DNA of 64,000 bases, taken from assembly GCA_051294905.1 (NCBI GenBank), contig CM119378.1, positions 2,854,001 to 2,918,000 of the forward strand, read 5' to 3'. Shown one piece after another: positions 12,901-24,796 of this stretch. The first letter of the stretch is position 1, and every line of letters begins with the position of its first letter. The translations under genes and the position numbers were made by a program. Below the pieces are notes generated by a model. That model did no database searches. It was given only the letters and a program-made list of their open reading frames with translations, and was not told the origin of the DNA. This DNA comes from Botryllus schlosseri. Lineage: Eukaryota.

Positions 12901-15900
12901 TAGAAATAGAAATACTCACTTTTCAAAATCCTCAACTAGGAATAGAAATAGAACTACCGTAATTTTCCAAGTATAGTACGCCCCCATGTATAATACGCAC
13001 CCCTAAAATAGCATATAAATTCTGGGAAAAAGCCTGTACCCATGTATAATACGCACCCTGCATTTGAGTACATGAATAGTTCCGATTTCGTATACGATGT
13101 CATTCTGTTTTGCGATGTCACTCTTGAACAATCATTACACGATTGCTAATCATTATACCATTAGCGAGATCGTCTTTAAACGATAGTAGATGGCAGCCAA
13201 AGCCTGCGAGGCTGGCGGCGCGACAGTTCAGGCTAGCGACACGACATCTTGAGCACGAGGAGACCTTTTACAGATGCGATTGCTAATCATTATACAATTA
13301 ACGATATTGTCTCTAAACGATAGTAGATAGCAGCCAAAGCCTGCGAGGCCGCCGGCGAGTTAATTTAGGCCATCGAACCGACATCCGACCTATTAGATGC
13401 GATTGCGCCTAGGTTAACGGTTATGTCATGCGCAACAGGTCTGTTGGGGATGGGACTGATTACGCTATATATTTTGCGCACATGGCCTCTTGTGTATGTA
13501 TAAATTGCGTATGCGATTGTTCGGACCTGTCGCTGACGCGATGAATTGGCGAGAATTGCCGCGCGCGAGTGTCTACTAGTGACCTAATTTCGCTCGCGTA
13601 CAAACGGCAAACCAACTCAGCAGGAGATCGCGTGCTTTTGCACACGACTCTCGTTAATTGGATACACGCTTCCCACTAATTACTACGCGCGATGGCTGAA
13701 AGTGATGCGCGATTGGAAACAAACATGAAGAATGAAGATAAGTGTGATTTCAAGATTTTAATTGAATTTCCAAGCCTTTGAGAATTCCGTAATTCTACTT
13801 GTAATCTGAAAGCAGTATTTCACCTTTGATGGCAAGCCGAAATCAATCCTTCAATGGGCATAACGAAACCGTAATTGCTCGGAATGTGGTCGAATATAGC
13901 TAAGGTGGTGCCATTTTTCAACGTGGTCCGGACCAGACTGACGATATCTTCCGGTCTCGCAATCGGGAAGGTCACCGTCACCTCCACGGCTTGGGCCCCG
14001 GTCCGCTCGCATACGTGCTTGATCATCTTTTTCACGGCGCCTGAAAATGATGAACGATGGTGCCATAGACTGAAGAAGTAGACCGAGGTTCTTCAACAGA
14101 GCCGTGCAGCACAACGGCAGTGAATTTAAACGCTGTATAGTAGGGATGGTGCGAACGTGTACTCAGAGCTTTGGAAGTTCGCGTTCACATGAGCCAGAAC
14201 CTTTCAGGGGTTCACACCATCCCCACCTTTCAGGCATATTTGTCAAAAAAGTATAACTAGTAACGTCGGTAGATAATCTTTATGGCTCTGTTGACAAATG
14301 AAAATCTCAAATAATGGTCTTTTTTACTCTCGTCAGGAGCGAACGTCAGTAAATGCCTTTCATGGACTATCCACAACCTCCGGGTGAAGAACACCTGCCC
14401 TAGATCCATCATCACTAAAACCGGACATACATTGGCCAGATGTACTTAAATTTCCTTTTCAGTGAAGCCACAGCAGAAGTCGATAGACCTCAGGTTATGA
14501 GCCCCCCACCAAAATGCGCTAATTCAACGTCAGAAAAATCACTCTACTTACCATACGTGATATTCAGATAATAGATGGAGCAGTCTTGGTCCAACGACAT
14601 CCCTTGTAGTACGGCGTTGATTGCCGTAGTTACGTTTGTGGTGAATGAAAAATCGGAAACGTTGCATCCTAAATGACAATATCACAATGACTGGTTAAAC
14701 TGATGAAAAATCAGGAGCTAACGTCAGTAAATACGATCAACCAAACTCAAAATTTAGAAAAAATTTGGTTAACCGCATGTGCTGACGTTGGCTAGTGATG
14801 GACAGGGAATCAAAATGTTCCAAGTGGGATACCTTTCACAATACAAATGTTCATTTTTTTTTATAATAAATTCGAAAAATTCAATTGCCTCTGAGTCAAC
14901 TTCTACTGGTTGGAATTGATCCAAATTTGGTGTGCATCGTTTTTTTTTAGCAACCTAACAAGTTAATCAGTCAATCCCCCTAATCCGCAAAAAGGATTAT
15001 TTTTGAACAATCTATTGATGATCCTGAATTTCGAGAGCCAAACTTTGCACTAAACTATAAATACCCACCAAAAAAATTAATACAAGTATGATCGGCCTTC
15101 ATTATGTCGAAATGGCGAGCTCACCTATAAACTGCGCTAGTCTTTTCTGGACGTGAACGGTTTGCGGAAATAGAACACGGTCGAAGAAACGCAGTGGCTG
15201 GGATTCCTGGTATCTCTGCCAGTCGTGATAGTAATTCATCGCTTCCTTGAGAGTAGCTCCGAAAGCTCCGTGGTTTAGAAATGTGCAGCCCTGCAATGTT
15301 TACGGAAACAAACTCTGACATTGATCGAACGTTGAGGACAGATTTCGCTGGAATTGCCATTCAAAACTCGAATCAACTACAGTTTACCACCAAAAGATTG
15401 CGGTTCAAAATCGGCACGTTCCGACTATGGCATTCCCCCAACACATTGAATATACCAAGTTACAATTTCGTCTAACGATTGTTCGGGCCAATGTCGATTT
15501 TCTTTGAGAGGCTTTGAGAGAAGTTTTGAAATGGTTCGATAGCCCTGACGAGATTTTAATTTGTATTTTCGGAATCAGAGCGACACTAGCTTTCGATTAA
15601 GACCAGTTTTATCAACTTTCAACGTTCGGGTCAGCAACTACAGCACTAATAATAATGCTGTTGTAGATCGCACAGCATGAAGAGACACTGCTTGACCAAG
15701 CGTAACAACGGGACATGAGGAAGTTGTGTGTCTGTCTGTAGGTTAGATCGCGGTTAGGCGATCTCGAGACTAATTTCTGAACACTTCACTTTATCGCTTA
15801 GCATCAGTTTCTTTGCAGTTGCAAATGCGCTACCGAATCGGACGCCTTGCTATCTCCAGTTTAAAATTCTTCGTTTCAATACATTCAAACTAATTTCACC

Positions 15901-16045
15901 ACGCTCTGAATTTCATCACGTCGCTCACCCTCTCTAGATAAAAGTGCTTCTCTCTAGCTTGTAAACCAAACGGAAATTTCGATGCAGAATATTCGTCGAA
16001 GGTCGGGGCCGGTAGTGGATTGGTCGGCGGTGTGTACGTGGCCAT
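9910..16045 (-). CDS. Gene A, C-terminal module: PLP-dependent class-V aminotransferase / C-S lyase (Egt2 hercynylcysteine sulfoxide lyase / CefD / L-cysteine desulfhydrase-like), catalytic motifs intact
   Basis: Seven exons: 15929-16045, 15125-15290, 14552-14668, 13824-14040, 12519-12742, 10720-10887, 9910-10142 (413 aa). Motifs: FLNHGAFG, NVTTAINAVL, ITYGAV, FDHIPS, VLVDGAHALG, DYYAGNCHKWFCAPKG, SHGY, WTGAKDY, YVRISVHVYN. Confidence 0.92.
11931..12440. mobile_element. hAT-type MITE (TAGGGCTGGGC termini) nested in a GACTCGAG-rich MITE
   Basis: TAGGGCTGGGC...GCCCAGCCCTA with a perfect 8-bp TSD ATTGTAAC (11923-11930 and 12441-12448). The host repeat begins near 11753 and resumes after 12448. 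Confidence 0.88.
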
Positions 16046-16199
16046 CTGCAAATATATACAAAAATGTAGAAGTGCTATGCTGCCTTTAAAAAAAAATTAC
16101 ACTATGCAGCGCTAAAGCTGGACACCAGGGTCGTTCAATCTATTTTTCTCCGGATTCCGGGGATTGTCTGAGTAAATTGTTGGGTTGGTTATGCTCAAC

Positions 16200-16490
16200 G
16201 TACTGCAATATACAAACTGAAGCAAGAATGCGTGGGCATTGGTTCTTATCTCAAGAAGCGCATGATGAAAAATTGTGACGTAGACACCATTGCCAGAATG
16301 AAGCAACACGGTTTGTCACCAGCAGCGCACGCACAACTTCAGTGTTGTCAGCCAACAACGGCTGCTGTTGAACGTTCTTTCTCCATTCTTGGCAAGCTAC
16401 TCAGTAAGGACGAACACTTTCTACCCGAGAATGTAGGAAAGTATCTTTCGTTGAACTACAACATATTCCAATTGCTTCTCCCATAATACG
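16200..16490 (+). mobile_element. Relic of a hAT-like transposase C-terminus (dimerization region), copy 1
   Basis: Translates to QLQCCQPTTAAVERSFSILGKLLSKDEHFLPENVGKYL, matching the hAT P-x-T/S-x-x-x-E-R-x-F-S motif. Near-identical copies at ~32820-33110 and ~39900-40195. Antisense to the host gene. Confidence 0.7.
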
Positions 16491-16836
16491 TGATGTAACT
16501 ACTGGAATTCTTGGTCCAGATTTAGTTGAATGAAGTTTTTTCATGTAAAAATTTGTCAGTTTTTCAAGTTTTTAAGTTTGCTCAGGCCTAACAACTCTGT
16601 AATGACAGACAGTTCCAATCAGAAATGAAGATAAGTAGTACAATTATAACAGTATGTGCGCAATTTACTTACATGAGCATAATATTTTGTCAAAATCAAG
16701 TTGTTTTTCAAGTCATAATTATCCATTTTTAGGTAAAAAAATCGCCTTACTAAAAACCGATTCAGCATCGAATCCTAAGCAATCCTAAAGATACTAGAAC
16801 ACCACATATTCCCAAAAATTCCGTAAATGACCTCAC

Positions 16837-19800
16837 CTGTGCATGCGCGATTTGCTCCTCCAAATTCGACGAGTGAAAAGACCCAAAACCACGACGCACG
16901 CAGGCTTCACGCTCCGCGGATACTCCGTTCTCCGTATTCACACATGCTTCATCGACACGTTTACGATTTGCGTCGGTGACTTCATCCTCAAAAACTTCAC
17001 ATTTCACTCCGATTTGCGTCACGCTACATTGTCCGGCCAATTGCCGGCGATTTGGGCTGTCGCGACACGGCGTCCTGCTAGGCTGGACGGTATCACCATC
17101 ACTGCGTTTCGGCGACGCTACACTCAAACTGCTATTTTTCGCTCTGAGTTTGCGCAGAAACCTTCTGCACCACGGCAACGTCGGGTGAAAACCAGTGGCG
17201 CCCAGCTCTTGCGTCACGGAGACCGCTTTCGCCAAAAGTTCCTCTTCCGTTATGTCGCTGTTGCCGCGTTCTTGTGAGAACCAGTCTGCGATCTGGTCTT
17301 GTACGGCTGATGTATGATTCTGAAATATAGGATTTCGAAGGTAAGGTTAGGGTCCGGGGCAAGCACCATCATTACGGTCACTTATGAACGGCTTTGAAGA
17401 CCTTCTCGGGGGCGCAGAATTTCAATATACATTGGAACAGCATATTCATACTGAAATAAACCCCAATGTTTTCGGGTCTATTATTCGAAATTTCATGCCG
17501 TTGACGTCATATTTGACAATACGATTGTTGAAATACATCGCTCTCTTCGATTCTCTGCTATTTGCTGATGATTACTCCTGACGAGTGTCACTCGAAAATA
17601 TACGGGCTCATTTCAATATCAATATTCTATTAAAAAACAACTCTATTTTTCAAATTTTTCTGGCTACCACACGAGATTATTATGTCGCGCAAAATAATGC
17701 ACCCAGAGCGACGATCTTTTGTATCGACCATATGATAGTTGGACGACGGCGACGTGCGAGTGATGTACTAACACGCTTTTGACTCCGAGGTAAAGAAGTC
17801 ATTGAAATTTACGGCGCAGTGGCCGCAATGAAACTGATACAAAAACTTGACAATTTCTAGTTTACGTACATCTTTTATGCTTACGACACCGAATCTTTTG
17901 AGCAGTGATTTGTTGGTCACACGACCTGGAACTTTCGGGGCCCTGGCTGTGATACTAAGGATCTGATGTTGTAGTTTTATGGTCAGGAACGTTAGTGGAA
18001 ATGTCACGTCTGTGACGTCGCGAACAACCAACAGCATTTACTCCATAGGGCAATGAAATAGGCGCGGTCGAAAAAATGCCCAATTATCTTCAATATTATG
18101 TAACATACCGGTATTTGAACATTTCGCATTATTCATACTGTTGAGACGTTGAAATTTTAGTGATATTCGAATAAATCGAGGTTTAATACTCAATACAGAA
18201 TATGATCACTCAGCTACTCGATTTTGCATATCCCTAACCCCTATGACTTCACTTCTATTCGGCTTTACGCAAAACTAGGTTTAGAACAGCGCTTACCAAC
18301 CGATGGGGGTTGCAGAGTTATTTCAAGTGGGTCGCAAAGATTTTCGAAATGTTACAGTTTCCTATTCAATATTCCTAGCACCTTATCTTATCGCGATTCG
18401 GCAAACAAATACAAGTTCTCATCCTCTAAATTGTCAATAATCGCCGCATGCCATGTGTCCGTATTCGCAATATTTAATGGTCCAGATTTTTGGGCAGTCA
18501 TTTTGGTCGTAGCGCGAAATCGGACAGGGCGTTATTATATATGTCCGAGAATTGACGTACGGCTTTCTCGTTTGTGCTACGTGCATTGTCTCTTGTCTAC
18601 ATAATGTGTGGTGCGAAAGCGTGGTGTTCCATAGCTGCAATGTGAATAGGTTGCGGGTTCGAGTCCGATCGAGGTCAGTGGAGTTTTATCTAGGTTCCTC
18701 TGTGAGTTGAACTACACTTTCATTAGTTGCCATATCTCACGGTGAGAGGCACAATGAAATTGAGTCGCGAACAGAAAAAGGTTGGGAAGCACTGGTCTCG
18801 AACACTTCTTTTTTTACTCACTCAAAAATGGTTACTTCTACTCGTACCCGGGTAGAATTTTACGCTACTTCTACTTGAGTACGCCAACGGCAATTTAGAC
18901 CTAACTCCCTCGCACAAACCTCAGCGGCGTCTCTCCTCCATTTGCACACCAGATCGGCACTGATATCGAACTTGTTGGCAACGGAAATCGCAGACAATCT
19001 GCTTCTGTTTATGTAGTCGACAACAGACGCCTTGTACTCGTCCGAATGTTTGGGCTGAACAATAAATTTTGGGTGATTCAAGTCACGTTCAAGGCAGGGT
19101 TGCAGAGCACTTTCACCGATAACTCCAAAAGATACAACATCTAGCGCAGGGGTGGCCTTTTGGCCAGAGGGCCACATGTGATTTACGAATTATTGCACAG
19201 GCCTCTTGAATGTTGATGACCTTTTGGTAGTCGTCCGAAAGGAGCGAACCGGATAAGGTAACGGTCAAAACAAAACTCTTATTAGGCCTACTTCGCAACA
19301 AAACCGATAAAAATTATGACATGAAAACATTGAAAACTCCTAGCCGCGCAAAGCGCTATATTTTTTCAAAGGTAATGAATGCATACGGTCAATAATATAG
19401 TTACTTGCATATATTGAGGGGTCGCCTCTGTATACCACACTAGGTTAATTTCTCAAGGACAGGATTAATCGGCGCTTGGACATATTAATATCGAAGATTT
19501 CCACAAATATGCGTCTATCATTTTGTGCAAAGGTCTCATCGCCGCCGATGTTTCTACGAGTGCAGACGCGAAGTTGCACGTTGACACGCTCTCACATAAT
19601 TGCGAACATAGTTATACTCAATTCTGCAAACTGGGCATGTTTTTGATTTTTTATTTGAGAGGGGCACCAATACTAAAAGAAAGAAATCAAATTAATCTGC
19701 TACAAAATATTCTACTTTATGGTCATATACGAGTACGACGATCTACAAAAATGTGGCTGGCCCCTGGCAACACCGATCCGTCGGAACTGATATTTTAGTC

Positions 19801-22800
19801 AGCAATGTTACACATTTCGCGGTCACATTGATCAAATTTTTGGTTGGCCTTGCAAGTTCACAATAACTTTCCTGGCTAATTTATTTGTTGTGATATAATA
19901 ACTTACTTCGAGATTTACCTCGCGAGCCACTCATAGCCTACTCGCAGGCCACATTCGGCCCGCGGGTTGGCCGCCCCTGATTGTGCGTAAGGCGCAATTC
20001 CAAAACTTCACAGTATTTATTAAAACAGCTTTACAGCTGCTGTGATTAGACATGAAATGAACTATGAAGACTGCGGACTCGAGTCGCGATTTTATGGTGA
20101 CTCAACTTGACTCGAGACAATTTTTGTATTGACTCGACTTGTACTCGAGACATTGTGCATGACTCGAACCAGGTCATATGGCTCGAGACTATGGGACGGC
20201 CAAGACAGACGTTCCATTGTGACTTCAAAGAATAGTAAAGTCACCACATTACTGGTATTTCGTCTGTCGGTACTGGTACGCTTACTTGGGGCCGGAAACT
20301 GTAGTAAAGGGTGCGAAAAATGACTACCGTATGATTATGAATGCCAGGAATACGGTATCACCCAAGCAGCAGAGTTTGATGAGCTTCTTGGAGATACAGA
20401 ACTTCAATACACAATTGAATAGTATATTCGCATTGAAATGAACCTGAATATTTTCGGCTGACACTCGTCAGGGGTAATCGTCAGCAACTAGCAGAGAATT
20501 GTATGTTAACAATCGTATCACAAATATGACGTCACCAGCATGAAATTTTGAATAGAGATAGTTCAATGTACTATATTTAGATGGTACTAGTACACGAATT
20601 CCTTTCGTAGACACAGCCTTGGGTGGCGTATTCTGATAAAACTCGACTCCAAGACGTACAAATGAAAGTGTGAACGGGGGCCCCTCACAACGACACGAAA
20701 TCTGTCATCTCGTCAAATTTTTCGCACAAGCGGGATTATCCAACATATGTTTGCCAATGGCAGAATTTATGGCCTTTGATTGCTCAGCGTTAAACTTGAG
20801 GGGATGAGTCAAGGGTGATGCTGCTGCTTCGACGTTCTTCCCACATAGCAGAGTTGTAAGTTATCAAGCTGAGTCCCCAAATAAATAGAGACTGAAGTTG
20901 AATCGCGACGAGATGAATTTTGCGAAAACTTTTTTCAAACAGACGTCAGACACGTCATATTTAACCCTAGAATGCATAACACTGGGTCAAAATGACCCAA
21001 ACGGTGATATTCATGATAACTGCTTAACACATATTGCCGATCAACTCCTGGGTTTTCTAGACTTTTTTAGGCTTTTATACTTACACATGAGAAAACAGTC
21101 GTTCCGTAAAATTTTCCCTTTAAGAGGAAAAATGCATTTTTTTATAAAACACCCCGAGAATCCATAACAGGGGCCATGTAAAGCGACATAGAAAATACTT
21201 GGCTTCCGGCTTGTTCACACTTTTGTCGGTTGTTTCATTAAAATGCAGCAAAAACCCTAGATCAGTGGTTCTCAAACTCTTTTAGACATGCCCCCCCCCC
21301 CCCCATTTATGATAGTGAAATATTTTGCGCCCTCCTATGGTCATATCCCAAAATGCAACCAGAAGGCTGGTAATCACAACGGATAGTTTGATGGCAAGGA
21401 AGGTCATGACTGTTGATGAGAGAAGTCACAAATATGAAATACAGTATACACAGAGCAAAAACTACGAATTCGAGGTTTTCAGTTGACCGCAGCATAATTG
21501 GTAAACGTATGGCTGGCGATCCAAGCGTCCAGATTTGCTATGCCTGGTCTTAATCGAAAGCTGATGTCGCACTGATTCCAAAAATACAAATTAAAATCTT
21601 GTCAGGGCAATGTAACCACTCCAAAATAGCCATCAAAGGCCGATTGTTCTGGACAATGAGAGCGCCACGGCTCAATGAACATAACAATGGCCAATTGTGT
21701 TGAGCGACTTTGACTATTTTTGGGGTGGATCCATTGCCCTGACAATATTTTATTTATATTTTCGGAATCAGGGCGACACTAGCTTTCGATTAAGACCATA
21801 CATATTGAATTTGAATGCTCGAGTCGCCAGCTATAGGACTACCAATTGTGATGCTTCTGCCAGCTCAGCAGTACGCGTCTCTATCCGTAGGTTAGTAATC
21901 GATAGTTAAACAGCGAAACACACATAAATTACCGGGGCTGTCTTTGACGCCTTCTCTGCCCGATACATTTCGTCCCATCTCTCTCTCAGTTTGGATCTGA
22001 TGAGGAAATGGTTGCTCCAGCTGGTGCAGCTCACGTGGGTGGGGGCCCCGATTCTTCTCGCAACATCGTTCGCTCTTTGGGAGATCTCCGGCAACAACGG
22101 CCGTCGGCCCATGTCCATTTGAGCCGTGACCCATTTCAGCATCTCTGCGTCTTGCTGCTTGCGGAGAATCTAACCGACAGCGAAATAGGCCGGCGGTTAC
22201 TAACCGGGGTCCGCATGAGCCCATGGTTGTAATGCTCCGACTCGACTTGTACTCGAGCAAGTGCGAACGACTCGACCAAGCAGAGTTGTAACCAAGTTAC
22301 AAGGTTACAAGTCGCAACCGAGTCAAGCCCGAGTCCAAGTCATTGTGTTGACTGCTCGGTTTCCAGTTGAAGTCTTGTTAAACCCACTTTTTATAACTAT
22401 CTTACCCACTTTTTCAACTATGGCCGAGTGATATAAAATGGCTCGCATTCATAATACCGTAATTTTCCTCAGTCCCAGCAGTTTCTGGCCCTATTTTCCA
22501 AGTATCAGGAGTGATAGACGAAATTTCAATAATGCGGTGACTCTCCTGTTCTTCTAAGTTACAATGAAATTTCTGTCTTGGCCGTCCTAGTCTCGAGTCA
22601 TTTGACTTGGTCCGAGTCATGCACAATGACTCGAGTACAAGTCGAGTCAATACATAAATTGACTCGAGTCGAGTAATTTTACGCGTTTGAAAAAATGACT
22701 CAAGTCAAGTCATCAAAAAATTGTTACATATTTAGATAGCCTTTTGCCAATTGTAGGAATTCAGAGTGATCACATTCGGTACACAAGTGGGCCTCCGGGA

Positions 22801-24796
22801 AACCGCAGCATTCGCGAAGGGGTATTCCACGAGCGAATCATGCGGACCAAGTCTAATTACAGCGTTGTTTTTTTTCCCGGATTCCGAGGATTCACTGATT
22901 ATATTGCTAGGTTGCCATGAAAAAAACGCCGCACCCCAAATTTGGCTCGATTCCAAGCAGTACGAGGCCGACGCATAACAAATTGAAAGCTTTGAATTCA
23001 TTATAAAATAAAAAGATATTTTTTAGGCAACTCAACAATTTCATGGGACTCACAATAAAATTTGAAAATAACCAACTAAAAATCCACCAGTCCCTGTGCG
23101 TTCACATCTGCCAGTTGGAAGCAAGCCAAATTTGGCGGGCAGCGTTTTTTTTAGGCAACTAAACAATTTAATCAGTCAATAAAAAAAAAATCAAAACTTG
23201 AAAACCACAGTAATCCATCTTACCGGGTCACCTCTCGGATTTTTCGATGTTTTTTTAGCCGGCGATAAGTACCCGGGATCGCTTTGTTCGCCCTCAAACG
23301 TCGGGTTTACAAACGCCCCCCTTTTCTTCCTCGTCGACCCCACCTTCCATTTTCGGTACAGGCCCGTCCTGTGCAGCAAAGCCGAGAAATAGGCCTGGTG
23401 CTTGATGGCGGACAGGCCTTTTTTGTGGGAGGCGATTTCTTTCGAGCGCGCCATCATGTCTTCGAGGCTCGGGTATTCGTTGCTGTTCATTTTGGCCGCG
23501 AGCCAGTCGGTCATTTTCCGATCCATTTCGCCGCGCGGCTTCGCTTTGAGTTTCGAGCACGCCTGGCAAAATTTTTTTGAGCGTCATAAGCAGGGTTGTA
23601 ACTAAGTCACGACACTCCCGAGTCAGAAGTCCATCTCACTTTCATAGTTTTGGATCGAGTCAAGTGGAGTCATTTTCAACTCACCACCGAGTCAAGTCCG
23701 AGTCCAAGTCATTGTGTTGACTGCTCAGTTTCCAGTTAAAGTCTTGTTAGCCCACTTTTTCTAACTCTTTTTGGTGATATTGAATGGTCCGCATTTACAA
23801 TATACTAAATTTCCTCGCTTTTAGCAATTTCTGGTCGCATTTTCAAGTGCCCACACCCTCCCAACCATAATATCCCCCAACCCTAATCTTGGGATACCCT
23901 AACCTCAACTTTGACCCTAACCTCCTTCCCCAACACTAATCTCGGAATACCCTAACCCACATCAACCCTAATATCCCCCCTACCCCCAACATCCTCTTCT
24001 TCTCCTACCTTAATACCCCTCCCCCAAACCTAATCTTGGGATACCCTGACCCCAACTTTTACCTTAATCCGCATCCAACCCTATTATCCGTCTCTCCACA
24101 GGCAAAAAAACAATTTATTTTGACGTTTATAAAATTTGATCGTGTTCATGGGAGACACTTGCTGGTTACATGTGAAACACTGTTTCGATCTGGGGCGTAT
24201 ATCGAAGAAGCGCCGAATTTTATTGGGAAGTCGGTGTAATTTGAAAAAAATACTTCCATTAAATAACCCATAATTTTCTCCTCTCACAGCAATGCTGGTA
24301 CTGGCTGAAATTGAGCTTAACTTTGCGTGCGCATTTTTTTCGGCAACCTAACAATCTCTTCTAGTAGCCAGTAAAATTTGTGAAATAAGTAGTAACATAA
24401 ATATTCTTTATAATCTTTTCGTTTTGAGGAAAATCATGTTTCAATGGTTAAGGTGCAAACTTGATTCTATACACCAGTGTTGTGTGATATTGCATCAGAT
24501 GTGTATGGTGGATTTTTCAATTTGTGGGTTGGCCGAGGGCTGGCGGGATAGCATAAGGGTATGCCAGGTTGGTATAGGTTAAGAACCACTGCATTTACAC
24601 CACAGCATACCTGCGCAGGCGGACTGGAGTGTAATTTTCTGTGAGGCGCCTTCTTCACTTTTTTCAAAATCTCATTCTTCCATGCCTTGATTCGAGACAC
24701 GGATATTCCAAACTGCAGAGAGGCTTGCTGGAACGACGTGTTGTCGGCATACTCGACGCATTCTCTCAACAGATCCTTCGGAACTCCGCGAGGCAT
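16837..24796 (-). CDS. Gene A, N-terminal module: array of pogo/Tigger-like DNA-binding domains (2 Brinker-like HTH + 3 CENP-B-type HTH), predicted to splice in frame to the lyase exons
   Basis: Phase-0 exons: 24611-24796 (LRECVEYADNTSFQQASLQFGISVSRIKAWK), 23224-23562 (EMDRKMTDWLAAKMNSNEYPSLEDMMARSKEIA), 21933-22169 (DAEMLKWVTAQMDMGRRPLLPEISQRANDVARRIG...WSNHFLIR), 18920-19054 (HSDEYKASVVDYINRSRLSAISVANKFDISADLVCKWR), 16837-17319 (QDQIADWFSQERGNSDITEEELLAKAVSVTQELGATGFHPTLPWCRRFLRK). All lengths are multiples of 3 and all have GT/AG ends. Confidence 0.78.
17768..17963 (-). mobile_element. Possible LINE ORF2 C-terminal fragment (post-RT region) in a gene A intron
   Basis: LQHQILSIT...TNKSLLKRFGVVSIKDVRKLEIVKFLYQFH...NFNDFF resembles the post-RT LF..L.IL...D..KL...KF.Y......F..YF pattern of CR1/L2-type LINEs. 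Recognised by eye only. Confidence 0.4.
18605..18700 (+). mobile_element. Degenerate tRNA-derived SINE-like head (related copy ~25250-25350)
   Basis: Both sites have a B-box GGGTTCGAGTCC followed by CGAGGTC...TTTATCTAGG, with an A-box-like GTGG/TGGCG upstream. No intact cloverleaf. Confidence 0.45.

Noticed and set aside
23870..24080. Telomere-like CCCTAA tract (also ~1965-2020 and ~44765-44795)
   Set aside because: Highly degenerate, short and intronic; not a telomere array.
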